A stretch of 64,000 bases of DNA from a virus. The DNA is taken from IMG/VR virus record IMGVR_UViG_3300008451_000399, positions 22,412 to 86,411 of that record; one strand, written 5' to 3'. Below, piece by piece: positions 1 to 9,840 of this stretch. How positions within the stretch are numbered: position 1 is the stretch's first letter; each line of letters starts with the position of its first letter. The position numbers and the translations under genes were made by a program. Below the pieces are notes generated by a model that was not told the DNA's origin, did no database searches, and worked only from the letters and a program-made list of their open reading frames with translations.

Positions 1-3
1 TCT

Positions 4-318
4 TTGCCCAAATGCACAGCCGAGTTTCTAGTCCTTTTGTTTTATGAGCTTGGTCTTTCTGGACAGGGTGCGAATGGGGCTACTCCTATTACGTGGCAAG
101 AAATTGAAGCTTTTAACAGAATTGCAGATAAAAGACTTACCCCTTGGGAAGCAGAAATGTTGCACAAGATGAGTGAAGCTTATGTACATGAAGTACATGC
201 AGGAACAGATAAAGGTCGTACAGCTCCATATTCTGATACAGATATGACAGTGGTTAAACGACAAAGCGTAGCAAGTAAATTTAGGGCTTCTATGGAAGCT
301 GCAAAACAAAATAGATAG
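4..318 (+). CDS. tail assembly chaperone (5' end uncertain at window edge)
   Basis: PITWQEIEAF...LTPWEAEML motif typical of tail chaperone T proteins; lies immediately upstream of the tape measure gene. Confidence 0.7.
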   Translation: MPKCTAEFLVLLFYELGLSGQGANGATPITWQEIEAFNRIADKRLTPWEAEMLHKMSEAYVHEVHAGTDKGRTAPYSDTDMTVVKRQSVASKFRASMEAAKQNR

Positions 319-326
319 GGTTTAAT

Positions 327-3300
327 ATGGGAATGACAACGAGCGAACTGTCAATGAAAGTTAAGTCAGAGGGTATTGCACAAGCTGCCATTGACTTAGG
401 TAATCTCGCTAAAGCAGCGTCTTCTGTTGACGCAGAAACTCGCTCGTTTATTGTTTCACAACAGAAGATGAACTCTTCGAGTGATAAATCTGCTAAAGCT
501 TCTGAATTATTAGATTTAAAAATAACTAAACAAAAACTCTCTATTCAAGCTCTAATTGAGAGAACAGAGCGTCTAGCAGCAGCGAACACTTCTTTGCAAG
601 CAAAGCAAGAACAAATTGCTAATAGCAAGCTTGCTGCTGAATTGGAGAGACAAGCTTCTGCAGCGCAAAAAGCAGCTCAATCTGCTGAGGCTCATGAACG
701 TGCAATGACCAAGCAACACATTCAAGCTTTGAAAATGAATGAAGCTTTTGACAAGCAAGCAAAAGGGTTGGATGAAGTCAATCGTAGAGGTAATGTTTAT
801 GTCAACACATTACGTTCTATGGCTACAGCAGCTTTAGCTTATGTTGGTGTGAATTTCTTCACTGATGTTGTGAAACAAGCTGACGCTTGGAGTTTAGCGC
901 AATCTAAATTAAAACTCGCTGTCGGAAGTATGGAAGGTGCTATTGTAGCACAAAAAGACTTGTATGAGATTTCTCAAAAACTTCGTGTGCCATTAGAAGA
1001 TACGACAAAGTTATTCACTCGTATGATGGTTCCATTACAGAAGATGGGGAAAACCAGCTCAGATGCTAAAGAAATGGTTTCTGCATTTTCCACAGCCCTA
1101 AAGCTGTCTGGTGCTACAGGGCAAGAAGCAGCTTCAGCTATGCTACAGTTCTCTCAGTCCTTAAACGCTGGACGTTTAAATGGTGGTGAGTTTAATTCCA
1201 TTGCAGAAGCTTCTCCTAATATTCTACGTGCAGTAGAAGCTGAATTCAAACGTCTTGGAGTCAGTGTAGAAGGTACTTCTGGTGGCTTGAAGAAATTAGC
1301 TGCAGACGGCAAAATCACCACAGAGATTCTTTACAATGCAATTAAGAACGCTTCCCCAAAATGGGCTAAAGAGTTTGAAACACTTCCATTGACAGTAGAT
1401 GGTGCATTAACACGTATTAAGAATGCTTGGGGCAAAGCGATTGGTGAACTTGGGCAGGACACAAAGTTCAATGAGAAAATGGCAGCTTCTCTTAAGAAGC
1501 TTGAAGAAATGTTGCCGAGTATTGCTAAAGCCATTGTAGGTGTATTTTCATTTATAGTAGATAATGGGGATGTAATTCTCAAAGTGTTTGCTGGTATTGC
1601 ATCAGCTACAGTGTTGTTTAATATTGGTAGTTTAGCTACAAAGATGTGGTTAGCTTATCAAAGTGTTGTTGCTGTCACAGGCGCAGTTGGTGGCTTGACT
1701 AAAGCTTTTGCGTTGATTGGTATTACTCCTGTTGGCGCAGCTTTGGTTGTGCTAGGTACGATTATAGCAGGTGGTATTGCACTTTGGAACAATTGGAACA
1801 AGGAAGTATCTGACTCTGAAAAAGCTCGTAAGAAAATAATAGAGGATTCTGATAGTATTGTTTCAAAAATCAATGCTGAGAACAATGAGATTAAAAAACA
1901 AATTGACTTATTACTATTAGCAACAGGACAGCAAGCTAGATATAACATTGAGAAGAATGGTGGTTCCGCAAGTAAGACAGACGTAGATACACAATTTGTT
2001 ACTGCAACTGAAGCTTATAAGAACTATGCTAAAGCAGAAAAAGACTTAAGTGACGCGATAAAAGCAAAAGGAAGGGTTCCATTTCAACTTTACGAAGATG
2101 TTAGGAAAAACAGAGATATTGCTTATGCTGCTAATATAAAGTATGAGAATGCATTGGCAGGTTTCAGAGAACAGCAAGCTTTGAAAGTTGAACAACAAGA
2201 TCGTCTTGCTATAAAAAATAGACAAGAAATTCAAGAAACTCAATTAAAAGCTCTAATGAGCGAAGCGGAACTTGCAAAAAAAGTTAGGCAAGACAGTTTA
2301 AAGCAACTAGAGGATGATGCTAAAAAAGAAGCTTGGCTTCCTAGCATGGTGGCTAATCAGAAGTTGATTATCGAGAAAAAATATCGGGAAGACCTTGAAA
2401 AAATAAAAACTCCAAAATCAGAGAAAGAAGCTGACAAAAACTTAAAAGCGCATCTTGACAGAATGACAGAGATGGCAGATAAGCTTCGTAACATGCGTAC
2501 AGAACTTGAGGGTATGCAAAAGTTTGGTGTTGATTGGGATAAGATGCTTCCAGAGGAAAAAGCTTTTGCTGATATTTCTAACAATATGAGTTCTTTAATA
2601 TCTAAAATTGGTGCTAAGAGAGCTGAGGAAGAGAAAGCTAGAGCTGGCGAAATAGAAGCTGCTGCTAAAGAGAAAAGAAGCTTAGAAGAGAAAGTAGCTA
2701 ATCAATTGAAAGGTATTGAACTAGCTAAGTCTGGTATGCAATCAGCCCAAGATGAATTAACCAGAAATGAAGCTTTATTAGAGTCTGAAGAAAAACGTGC
2801 AGAAGTTTTGGCTAAGATTGCTGCAGTCAAGGCTTACGATGAGTATCAAACAAAACAACTTGACCCAACTGTTCATGAAAAAGAGTTGGCATTTCTTTAT
2901 GAGAGATACCTTCTGCTTCAGAAGAATGCAGAAGTAGTGAATAAAAAAGTTGAGAAGGACGAAACTAATAAAGCAGATGAAGAAGCTAAAAAACTCTTAG
3001 ATGCTATGTTTGACACAACCAAAATAGATAAGTGGGAAACTGCTTCGTCTAAAGCTATGAAGGGAATGTTGAAAGGTGTTGTTGACTTAACCAAAGCATT
3101 TGATAAATTGAATGCCAAGAAAGAGACTTTAGCAGAGGCTGAAAAAGCTAACGAGAAGAGATTTAAGACAAATAAAATCTCCGAGATTGAGTATGAACAA
3201 AACAAAGCTAAGTTACAAGAAAAATCTACAGAGTATTACTTATCTTCCCTTGCTGAAATGACTGATGCTTCTAAGAACTTTTTTGACGAGGGTTCTAAGG

Positions 3301-5852
3301 GTTATAAAACGCTTGATGGTATTTCTAAAATTGTACACACTGCACAAATGGCTCGTAATCTAGTTGAAATGGGTCAGATGGCTATTAAAGCTGTGATGAA
3401 TCAAGCTAGTGGCGATCCATACTCTGCATGGGTTAGAATGGGTGCAATGGCGGCAGCAATGGCAGCGTTAGGTTTTGCTGTTGGTGGAGGTTTTAGTAGT
3501 TCTGGTAGTGGTGGCATGAAAGCTGCTGACGTACAGAAAGCACAAGGTTCTGGTAGTGTGTTTGGAGACTCTGAAGCTAAGTCTGATAGTGTTAGGAAAT
3601 CATTAGAACTTCTTAAATCAAGTTTTGACAAGCTTTATCCTGTCAATCAAGGTATGTTGAAAGCTTTACAATCTATTGAGAATAGTATGACAGGTTTGAC
3701 TAATCTTGTTGTACGCTCAGGAGGTGTTGCTGAAGGCACAAACATGGGGATTAAAGAAGGTGTTACATCTAAGAGTAGTATTGGCTGGATTCCTTCTATA
3801 ATATTAGGTGGTGTGACAGCTCCTGTAATTAAATTCTTAGGAAACTTATGGGGCAAAACTACACAAAACATTGTTGACTCTGGTATTCAGTTTGGTGGTA
3901 GTTTAGCTGGAATGAAACAAGGTCAAGGCTTTAATCAGTATGCCTCTGTTGATACAACTAAATCATCTTGGTTTGGTTTGAAAAAAGACACAACAAATAC
4001 TGTGCAAACTCAAGGTTTGAATGAAGAAATCTCTAAACAATTAGGTATGGTGTTTGGCAATATGCAGACAGCATTAGAAGAAGCTGGTAAAGCATTGTTT
4101 GGTTCCTCAGACGGAATTACAAAAGCTCTTGATGCCTTAGTGTTGACTACAAATAAAATCTCTTTGAAAGGATTGACAGGTCAAGCTTTAACAGACGCTA
4201 TCAACGCTGTAGTTTCTAAGGGCTTAGATGAAATGGCTTCTGCTGCTTTTAAAGGTTTTGAAGAGTTTCAAAAAGTTGGTGAAGGTATGGCACAAACAGT
4301 GCTTCGTGTTGCAAATAACTTTGCCACAATGAATGCTACTTTAGCTAAACTCAATTTGACAACATTTGAAACATCTATGGCTGGTGTAAAGGCTTCAGAT
4401 TCATTCTTGAAGTTGTTTGACAGTTTAGAAGATTTCCAATCAGCATCATCAGCTTACTACGACAAGTTCTTCACAGAAGCAGAGAAGAATGAAAAAGTTA
4501 TGAATGCTTTGAAGATTCAATTCCAAGGGATGAATTTAGAGCTTCCTAATTCTATCAAAGCGTATCGACAGCTTGTAGAAACTACTACAGACCCTGTTAA
4601 ATTAGCAGCATTATTAAAACTATCTGGTGCTTTTGCAGAATTGTTTGGAACTGCTTCAGCAGGTACAGAGAAGATGAGGGAAGCTATTGACGAGACAGCT
4701 AAATCAGCAGAGCGTTGGCTGAGTATTCGTAATCAAGCAGCATCTTTACAAGACTCTATTAACTCTGCAATGGGTAATCCTGAGCGTGACCCTGCTGTAC
4801 GAATGAAGAAGTTGTGGGACGATATGGCTGCTGACATTACTCCTGAACAAAAACTTGCATTAGCTGGTGAATTGAAAGATTTAATATTAGCTAAGTATCA
4901 AGTTGAAAAAGAAGCAATGACAAAGCTAATTGAGTTTGGTAAGCAACTAAGAAGTTATGTAGAAAGCTTGAAAGTTGGTAGCTTGTCTCCACTAACATTG
5001 CAAGAGAAATTGTTAGAAGCTAAGAAACAATATGAGGCAACTTTAGCTAAAGCCCAAGGCGGAGATGTTACAGCACAAGGAGCTTTACAAGGTAAATCTG
5101 ACACGTATTTGCAATTAGCTCAAACAGCTTTGGCATCAAGTGGACAATACCAAGAAGTATTTAACTCTGTGACAAACAGCTTAGATGCATTAGGTGTTGA
5201 AAGCATGTCTGCTGCTGAACGTGCAACACAGATTGCTAACAGTCAACTTGAGCAATTGCAAAAGTTAAAAGATTACGCTAACTCAATTGAAATTACTTCT
5301 GATAGGTATTACAATGAAAGCATTGTCAAACTTTCTTCTCAAGTGATGTTGCTAGACTCTATGAACAAGAAAATGGGTGTGTTCGACACGATTGCTGTTA
5401 CATTGGCTGGCATGTCTGCTCAGATAGCTGCTGCTGTAGCTGGTAAAACAGGTAGTGGTGTTACAACAGGTATTACAGGAACAACTCAAGACTTTATCAC
5501 ATCATTGTACCAACAATACGCTGGTAAGTCTGCTTCTCAAATTGATGTTGGTGGTATGGAGTATTGGAAACAAGAGTTGTTACAATACGGAAAAGACTAT
5601 GTAACTAAGGCTTTTGCTGAATCTGTTAAAGCTCCTGCTCCAACACAAAGTAATGCTGCACTTATTGATGAAATAAAAGCACTCCGAGAAGAAGTAGTTG
5701 GATTACGTGCGGATAGTGGAGTCAATACAACTAACACAATTCAAGCCGTTATTATGTCTAACAACGACAATGCTAAACAAGTTGTTGATGGTACAAATCA
5801 AAATAGACAAACACAATCGTGGGTAGAATCTAATTCTCCTGCTTTAGTTTAA
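327..5852 (+). CDS. tail tape measure protein (1841 aa)
   Basis: N-terminal tape-measure domain (AMLQFSQSLNAGRLNGGEFNSIAE); long Ala/Lys/Glu-rich coiled coil with a hydrophobic stretch; position in tail module. Confidence 0.95.
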   Translation: MGMTTSELSMKVKSEGIAQAAIDLGNLAKAASSVDAETRSFIVSQQKMNSSSDKSAKASELLDLKITKQKLSIQALIERTERLAAANTSLQAKQEQIANSKLAAELERQASAAQKAAQSAEAHERAMTKQHIQALKMNEAFDKQAKGLDEVNRRGNVYVNTLRSMATAALAYVGVNFFTDVVKQADAWSLAQSKLKLAVGSMEGAIVAQKDLYEISQKLRVPLEDTTKLFTRMMVPLQKMGKTSSDAKEMVSAFSTALKLSGATGQEAASAMLQFSQSLNAGRLNGGEFNSIAEASPNILRAVEAEFKRLGVSVEGTSGGLKKLAADGKITTEILYNAIKNASPKWAKEFETLPLTVDGALTRIKNAWGKAIGELGQDTKFNEKMAASLKKLEEMLPSIAKAIVGVFSFIVDNGDVILKVFAGIASATVLFNIGSLATKMWLAYQSVVAVTGAVGGLTKAFALIGITPVGAALVVLGTIIAGGIALWNNWNKEVSDSEKARKKIIEDSDSIVSKINAENNEIKKQIDLLLLATGQQARYNIEKNGGSASKTDVDTQFVTATEAYKNYAKAEKDLSDAIKAKGRVPFQLYEDVRKNRDIAYAANIKYENALAGFREQQALKVEQQDRLAIKNRQEIQETQLKALMSEAELAKKVRQDSLKQLEDDAKKEAWLPSMVANQKLIIEKKYREDLEKIKTPKSEKEADKNLKAHLDRMTEMADKLRNMRTELEGMQKFGVDWDKMLPEEKAFADISNNMSSLISKIGAKRAEEEKARAGEIEAAAKEKRSLEEKVANQLKGIELAKSGMQSAQDELTRNEALLESEEKRAEVLAKIAAVKAYDEYQTKQLDPTVHEKELAFLYERYLLLQKNAEVVNKKVEKDETNKADEEAKKLLDAMFDTTKIDKWETASSKAMKGMLKGVVDLTKAFDKLNAKKETLAEAEKANEKRFKTNKISEIEYEQNKAKLQEKSTEYYLSSLAEMTDASKNFFDEGSKGYKTLDGISKIVHTAQMARNLVEMGQMAIKAVMNQASGDPYSAWVRMGAMAAAMAALGFAVGGGFSSSGSGGMKAADVQKAQGSGSVFGDSEAKSDSVRKSLELLKSSFDKLYPVNQGMLKALQSIENSMTGLTNLVVRSGGVAEGTNMGIKEGVTSKSSIGWIPSIILGGVTAPVIKFLGNLWGKTTQNIVDSGIQFGGSLAGMKQGQGFNQYASVDTTKSSWFGLKKDTTNTVQTQGLNEEISKQLGMVFGNMQTALEEAGKALFGSSDGITKALDALVLTTNKISLKGLTGQALTDAINAVVSKGLDEMASAAFKGFEEFQKVGEGMAQTVLRVANNFATMNATLAKLNLTTFETSMAGVKASDSFLKLFDSLEDFQSASSAYYDKFFTEAEKNEKVMNALKIQFQGMNLELPNSIKAYRQLVETTTDPVKLAALLKLSGAFAELFGTASAGTEKMREAIDETAKSAERWLSIRNQAASLQDSINSAMGNPERDPAVRMKKLWDDMAADITPEQKLALAGELKDLILAKYQVEKEAMTKLIEFGKQLRSYVESLKVGSLSPLTLQEKLLEAKKQYEATLAKAQGGDVTAQGALQGKSDTYLQLAQTALASSGQYQEVFNSVTNSLDALGVESMSAAERATQIANSQLEQLQKLKDYANSIEITSDRYYNESIVKLSSQVMLLDSMNKKMGVFDTIAVTLAGMSAQIAAAVAGKTGSGVTTGITGTTQDFITSLYQQYAGKSASQIDVGGMEYWKQELLQYGKDYVTKAFAESVKAPAPTQSNAALIDEIKALREEVVGLRADSGVNTTNTIQAVIMSNNDNAKQVVDGTNQNRQTQSWVESNSPALV

Positions 5853-5867
5853 TTAAAGGAAATAAAT

Positions 5868-7343
5868 ATGGCAATTTCAGACAGTGAATACATCTCTTGG
5901 CTTTCTTCTCCATCTGCTATCAGATGTATTCTTGTCGAAGCCAAATGTAATTCTGGCGGTACAGAGGTAACTCGTTATTTATCTAATCGAGGTTATGTAA
6001 CAAGTCCATCTTCAACTCCAGCTAACACTGAATACAAAGGTGTTATCAAAGCTGGAGTTAAGCTGACAGAAACCCTTTCTCTGGAATCTAACGCAACCCT
6101 TTCTTACGGGGATATTGAGCTAGATAATACATCAGGAGAATTAGATTCTTGGCTTGACGATGTGTGGGACAATAGAGATGTAGCTGTATTTTATGGAGAT
6201 GTGAAATGGGAACGAGCTGACTTCAGACTTGTATTTGACGGAGTGTTGTCAGGTGTTGGTAGCTCTTCACGTACATCCCTTAATCTAATGTTAAGAGACA
6301 ATTTACAGAAACTCAACACCCCTATTTCGGATGTAAAGCTTGGTGGAAGCTCTACTAACAAGGATAGACTTATTCCTATTACTATCGGGGAATGTCACAA
6401 TGTAAGTCCTTTGTTGACAGACGCTGTAAATCATGAGTATCAAGTACACACTGGAGCTATTGAGTCTATTATTGAAGTGAGGGATAACGGTGCTCCTATC
6501 ACAGTGACACCCCTCTTGTCAACAGGGAAATTTAGATTAACATCTTCCCCCGTTGGAACAATTACTTGCTCAATCCAAGGTGCAAAATCATCCACATACA
6601 GTAATCAAATTGTGGATGCTATTAAATTGTTAGTCAAGTCTTTTGGCACACCGGCAAACAGGTTGACAGATTCAGATTTAGATGGTACAAATCTTTCAAG
6701 CTTTGCTTCTTCAAATACAGCTCCAATAGGGTTTTATCAATCTGACAGGATTAACTTATTAGAAGCTATTCAACAATTAGCTGGAAGTGTTGGGGGACAG
6801 ATAACTACATCTAGGGCTGGATTATTGAAAATACTTCGTATTGATTTTCCTCCTTCTGGAACTCCTGTGCTTATTAATACGGATCACATTGTAGAGAAAT
6901 CATTCGGGGTAGACAGCAGACTCCCTATTCAATCTTCTGTTAAGATTGGTTATTGTAAAAACTATACAGTAGAAAACAATCTTCAAACCGTTATTCCAGA
7001 AGAGCATAAGAGTTTATATGAACAGGAATGGCTTACTATAACACAATCTGACAGTACAGTGGCTACTAAGTATAAACAAATAGCAGAGCCTGTGCAGAAA
7101 GACACTTTGTTATTAACTACAGCTACAGCAACAACAGAAGCAACAAGACGTTTGAATATTGTCAAGCAACAACGTACTGTATACAAGATGACTTGTTTTG
7201 CAAGTATGTTTAATTTAGAACTTGGTCAGGCTGTTACTTTGAAACACCCTCGTTTTGGACTCAGTTCTGGAGTATTAGGGGTTGTTGTAGGGCTAGAACC
7301 AGATTGGATAAATGCAAGAATAACAGTGAAAGTAATGGTGTAA
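5868..7343 (+). CDS. tail tip / baseplate hub protein
   Basis: Follows the tape measure gene; PITIGECHNVSP and C-terminal LELGQAVTLKHPRFGL resemble siphovirus hub proteins. Confidence 0.65.
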   Translation: MAISDSEYISWLSSPSAIRCILVEAKCNSGGTEVTRYLSNRGYVTSPSSTPANTEYKGVIKAGVKLTETLSLESNATLSYGDIELDNTSGELDSWLDDVWDNRDVAVFYGDVKWERADFRLVFDGVLSGVGSSSRTSLNLMLRDNLQKLNTPISDVKLGGSSTNKDRLIPITIGECHNVSPLLTDAVNHEYQVHTGAIESIIEVRDNGAPITVTPLLSTGKFRLTSSPVGTITCSIQGAKSSTYSNQIVDAIKLLVKSFGTPANRLTDSDLDGTNLSSFASSNTAPIGFYQSDRINLLEAIQQLAGSVGGQITTSRAGLLKILRIDFPPSGTPVLINTDHIVEKSFGVDSRLPIQSSVKIGYCKNYTVENNLQTVIPEEHKSLYEQEWLTITQSDSTVATKYKQIAEPVQKDTLLLTTATATTEATRRLNIVKQQRTVYKMTCFASMFNLELGQAVTLKHPRFGLSSGVLGVVVGLEPDWINARITVKVMV

Positions 7344-7344
7344 T

Positions 7345-8997
7345 ATGGCAACAGTTGTAAATACAAGAGATGTATTGTTATTAGCAGCTTCTCCGCGTTT
7401 GTTGTGGACTGGTGTTCGTGGAGTAAAGATAACAGCAGATTCTACTACATTTAAAGTGACAGCCGCTGGTTCACCTACGCCTTCTACAATTAACCTAACA
7501 AGTGCATTGAATGGTGTTTCAGGAACAGTGAATTGGACTGTCACATTTGGCACTGCAACATTGTCAAGTTCTACAGGAGCTACAACATCTCTTGTATATA
7601 GCAACATGACCACAAGTGTTGTTACTATCAAAGCAACTGTAACGGATGGTGGAGTTGCATACACAGACACTATTACTTTATCTAAAGTTGTTGATGGCGC
7701 AACAGGGGCTACAGGAGCCACAGGTTCAGCAGGTGCTGCAGGAGATCAAGGAGCAAGTTCTCGTATTGCTTACACTTTAATAGATGGAAATAGCTTAAAC
7801 TCGACACCGACAAGTGTTACAGTTTCTGGTGATTCTAAACCCTCTTCTGGAACTTGGGGAGAAACTAGATCATGGACTAATTCACCAAGTAGTCCCTCTG
7901 CAGGTCAAGCTGTTTTCCAATCTACAGGAACTTATAATCCTACTACGAATCAGACAGTTTGGGTGGTTCCTTACTTGAGCAATTTAAAAGTTGGGCAACT
8001 ATCAGCTATTACAGCAGACATTGGTACAATAACAGCAGGGAGTTTAACAGCTAATGTGACTATTGTTTCCAATGGGAATATTAAAGCAAGTGGACAGAAC
8101 TCTAACTTATCAAGTGTATGGGGAGATAACCCGAATACGAATAGTTATGGCGTAGCTGGAACTTGCAATACAACAGGAGGTACTGGAGTATTTGGTGTTG
8201 GGACAGCTCAAGGTGTCTATGGTTCTAGCCCATCAGGAAAGGCTATTTATGGGAATACCGACACAGGGTATGCTGTATATGGTATTTCAAGTAGTTCGTC
8301 TGGTGTAGGTGGATACTTCACCGCAGTAACAGGCTACGCTTTGCAAACAAGTGGTAAAAGCTTATTCCAAGAGTTTGATGCTATTACACTGACTTCAGAA
8401 TGCAGCTCATCTAGCTATTCATCAGGTGTATTTAGAAATACAAGTAGTGGTAAAGTTATTTCATTAGGTGGCGGTAGTTATGCTGCTTACAGTGGAAGTG
8501 GTGATGGCAAGATTTATGCTGTAGATGGTTTTACTCCTTTTACTGGAAGCCACAATGGGCTAATACTGAAACGACAGTTTCCAGAAGTAGGTGATATTGT
8601 ATGTGATGTTGCTACAATATTCAAGCATGATGTAAGCAATACATTAAGTGAAATTGCTTGTAGTTCTGTTGCTAATGATAAAAGAGTTATTGGAGTATTT
8701 GTATCAGAAGAACATGATAATCCTCTTGACATTCCTGATGAAGAATGGTATAATTACAAGGAAAAATATTCTTTAATTTCTTTCAATGCAGTTGGTGAAG
8801 GATGTATCAATGTATGTGGAGAGAATGGCAATATTGAAATAGGTGATTTAATTGTAACATCCTCTCAATCTGGAAAAGGTATGAAACAATCAGATGATAT
8901 TGTACGAAACATAACTGTAGCAAAATCCAGAGAAGATGTCAAGTTCGATTCACCTACGCAAATTAAACAAATAGCATGTATTTATATGTGCGGATAA
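7345..8997 (+). CDS. tail fibre/spike with C-terminal intramolecular-chaperone-like domain
   Basis: Collagen-like GAT triplets, GVYG-type beta-solenoid repeats, PFTGSH followed by GEGCINVCGENGNIEIGDLIVTSS (peptidase G2/IMC-like). Confidence 0.75.
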   Translation: MATVVNTRDVLLLAASPRLLWTGVRGVKITADSTTFKVTAAGSPTPSTINLTSALNGVSGTVNWTVTFGTATLSSSTGATTSLVYSNMTTSVVTIKATVTDGGVAYTDTITLSKVVDGATGATGATGSAGAAGDQGASSRIAYTLIDGNSLNSTPTSVTVSGDSKPSSGTWGETRSWTNSPSSPSAGQAVFQSTGTYNPTTNQTVWVVPYLSNLKVGQLSAITADIGTITAGSLTANVTIVSNGNIKASGQNSNLSSVWGDNPNTNSYGVAGTCNTTGGTGVFGVGTAQGVYGSSPSGKAIYGNTDTGYAVYGISSSSSGVGGYFTAVTGYALQTSGKSLFQEFDAITLTSECSSSSYSSGVFRNTSSGKVISLGGGSYAAYSGSGDGKIYAVDGFTPFTGSHNGLILKRQFPEVGDIVCDVATIFKHDVSNTLSEIACSSVANDKRVIGVFVSEEHDNPLDIPDEEWYNYKEKYSLISFNAVGEGCINVCGENGNIEIGDLIVTSSQSGKGMKQSDDIVRNITVAKSREDVKFDSPTQIKQIACIYMCG

Positions 8998-9009
8998 TAA
9001 GAGGTTTTA

Positions 9010-9840
9010 GTGAGTAATATTAGAATTGTTTACAACAATGCAGCAGACAGAGCTACTATTACAGCTTCTTCAACAGCAGGTAGTTTAGCAGCTTCTAATT
9101 TAAAGACAGATTTTAAGTCTGCTATCTACCGTAGCACAGGAACAACTACAACAATTACACTAACTTGGACAACTGCTGAATTTGTTGGTATGGTGGCATT
9201 ACCTTTTAGTAATCTTACAAGTCCTGCAACACTTCAAGTAAAGTGCTACACAGAGTCTACAGATGTTTCTCCTGTGTTAGATACAGGTGTTGTTAGTGCT
9301 TGTGCAGCAGCTCCGCTAGGAGCTTGGGATTGGGGTAATGTTCCATTAGGTGTTAATGCATATTCGTATGTAGGTAGTGCTTATGGTAGAGCTTGGTTCG
9401 AAACAAATGCTATTAAGAAAATGGAAGTGATTATCTCAGATACAACAAATCCTTCAGGATACATTGAAGCATCTCGTATTGTGTGTGGAGCCTATTTTGA
9501 GCCAATTAACAATGCAGAGTTAAATGCTCAATGGGCTGTCAATGAGACTAGCACAAATACACGTAATGATAGCTCAGATTTGATTACAGATTTAGGTAGT
9601 AAGAGTAAGAAGATTTCTTTCAGTTTGGAACATATGACTCCTTCAGATAGAGCTTCTGTGACCAATATCCTGAGAGGTAATGGTATTGCGCGTCCTGTAT
9701 TCTTAAGTTTGTTTCCTGAAGACAGTGATGCTAGTCAAGAACAACTATATCAAGTGTATGGTAAATTAAGTCAACAATCTGCTGTGAGTATTGCCTATTG
9801 GAATGCATATAGTAGTACATTAGAAGTGGAGGAAAGTTAA
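9010..9840 (+). CDS. tail tip protein (Dit-like / beta-sandwich)
   Basis: IISDTTNPSGYIEASR motif and position between two fibre genes; inference from similar tail modules. Confidence 0.5.
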   Translation: MSNIRIVYNNAADRATITASSTAGSLAASNLKTDFKSAIYRSTGTTTTITLTWTTAEFVGMVALPFSNLTSPATLQVKCYTESTDVSPVLDTGVVSACAAAPLGAWDWGNVPLGVNAYSYVGSAYGRAWFETNAIKKMEVIISDTTNPSGYIEASRIVCGAYFEPINNAELNAQWAVNETSTNTRNDSSDLITDLGSKSKKISFSLEHMTPSDRASVTNILRGNGIARPVFLSLFPEDSDASQEQLYQVYGKLSQQSAVSIAYWNAYSSTLEVEES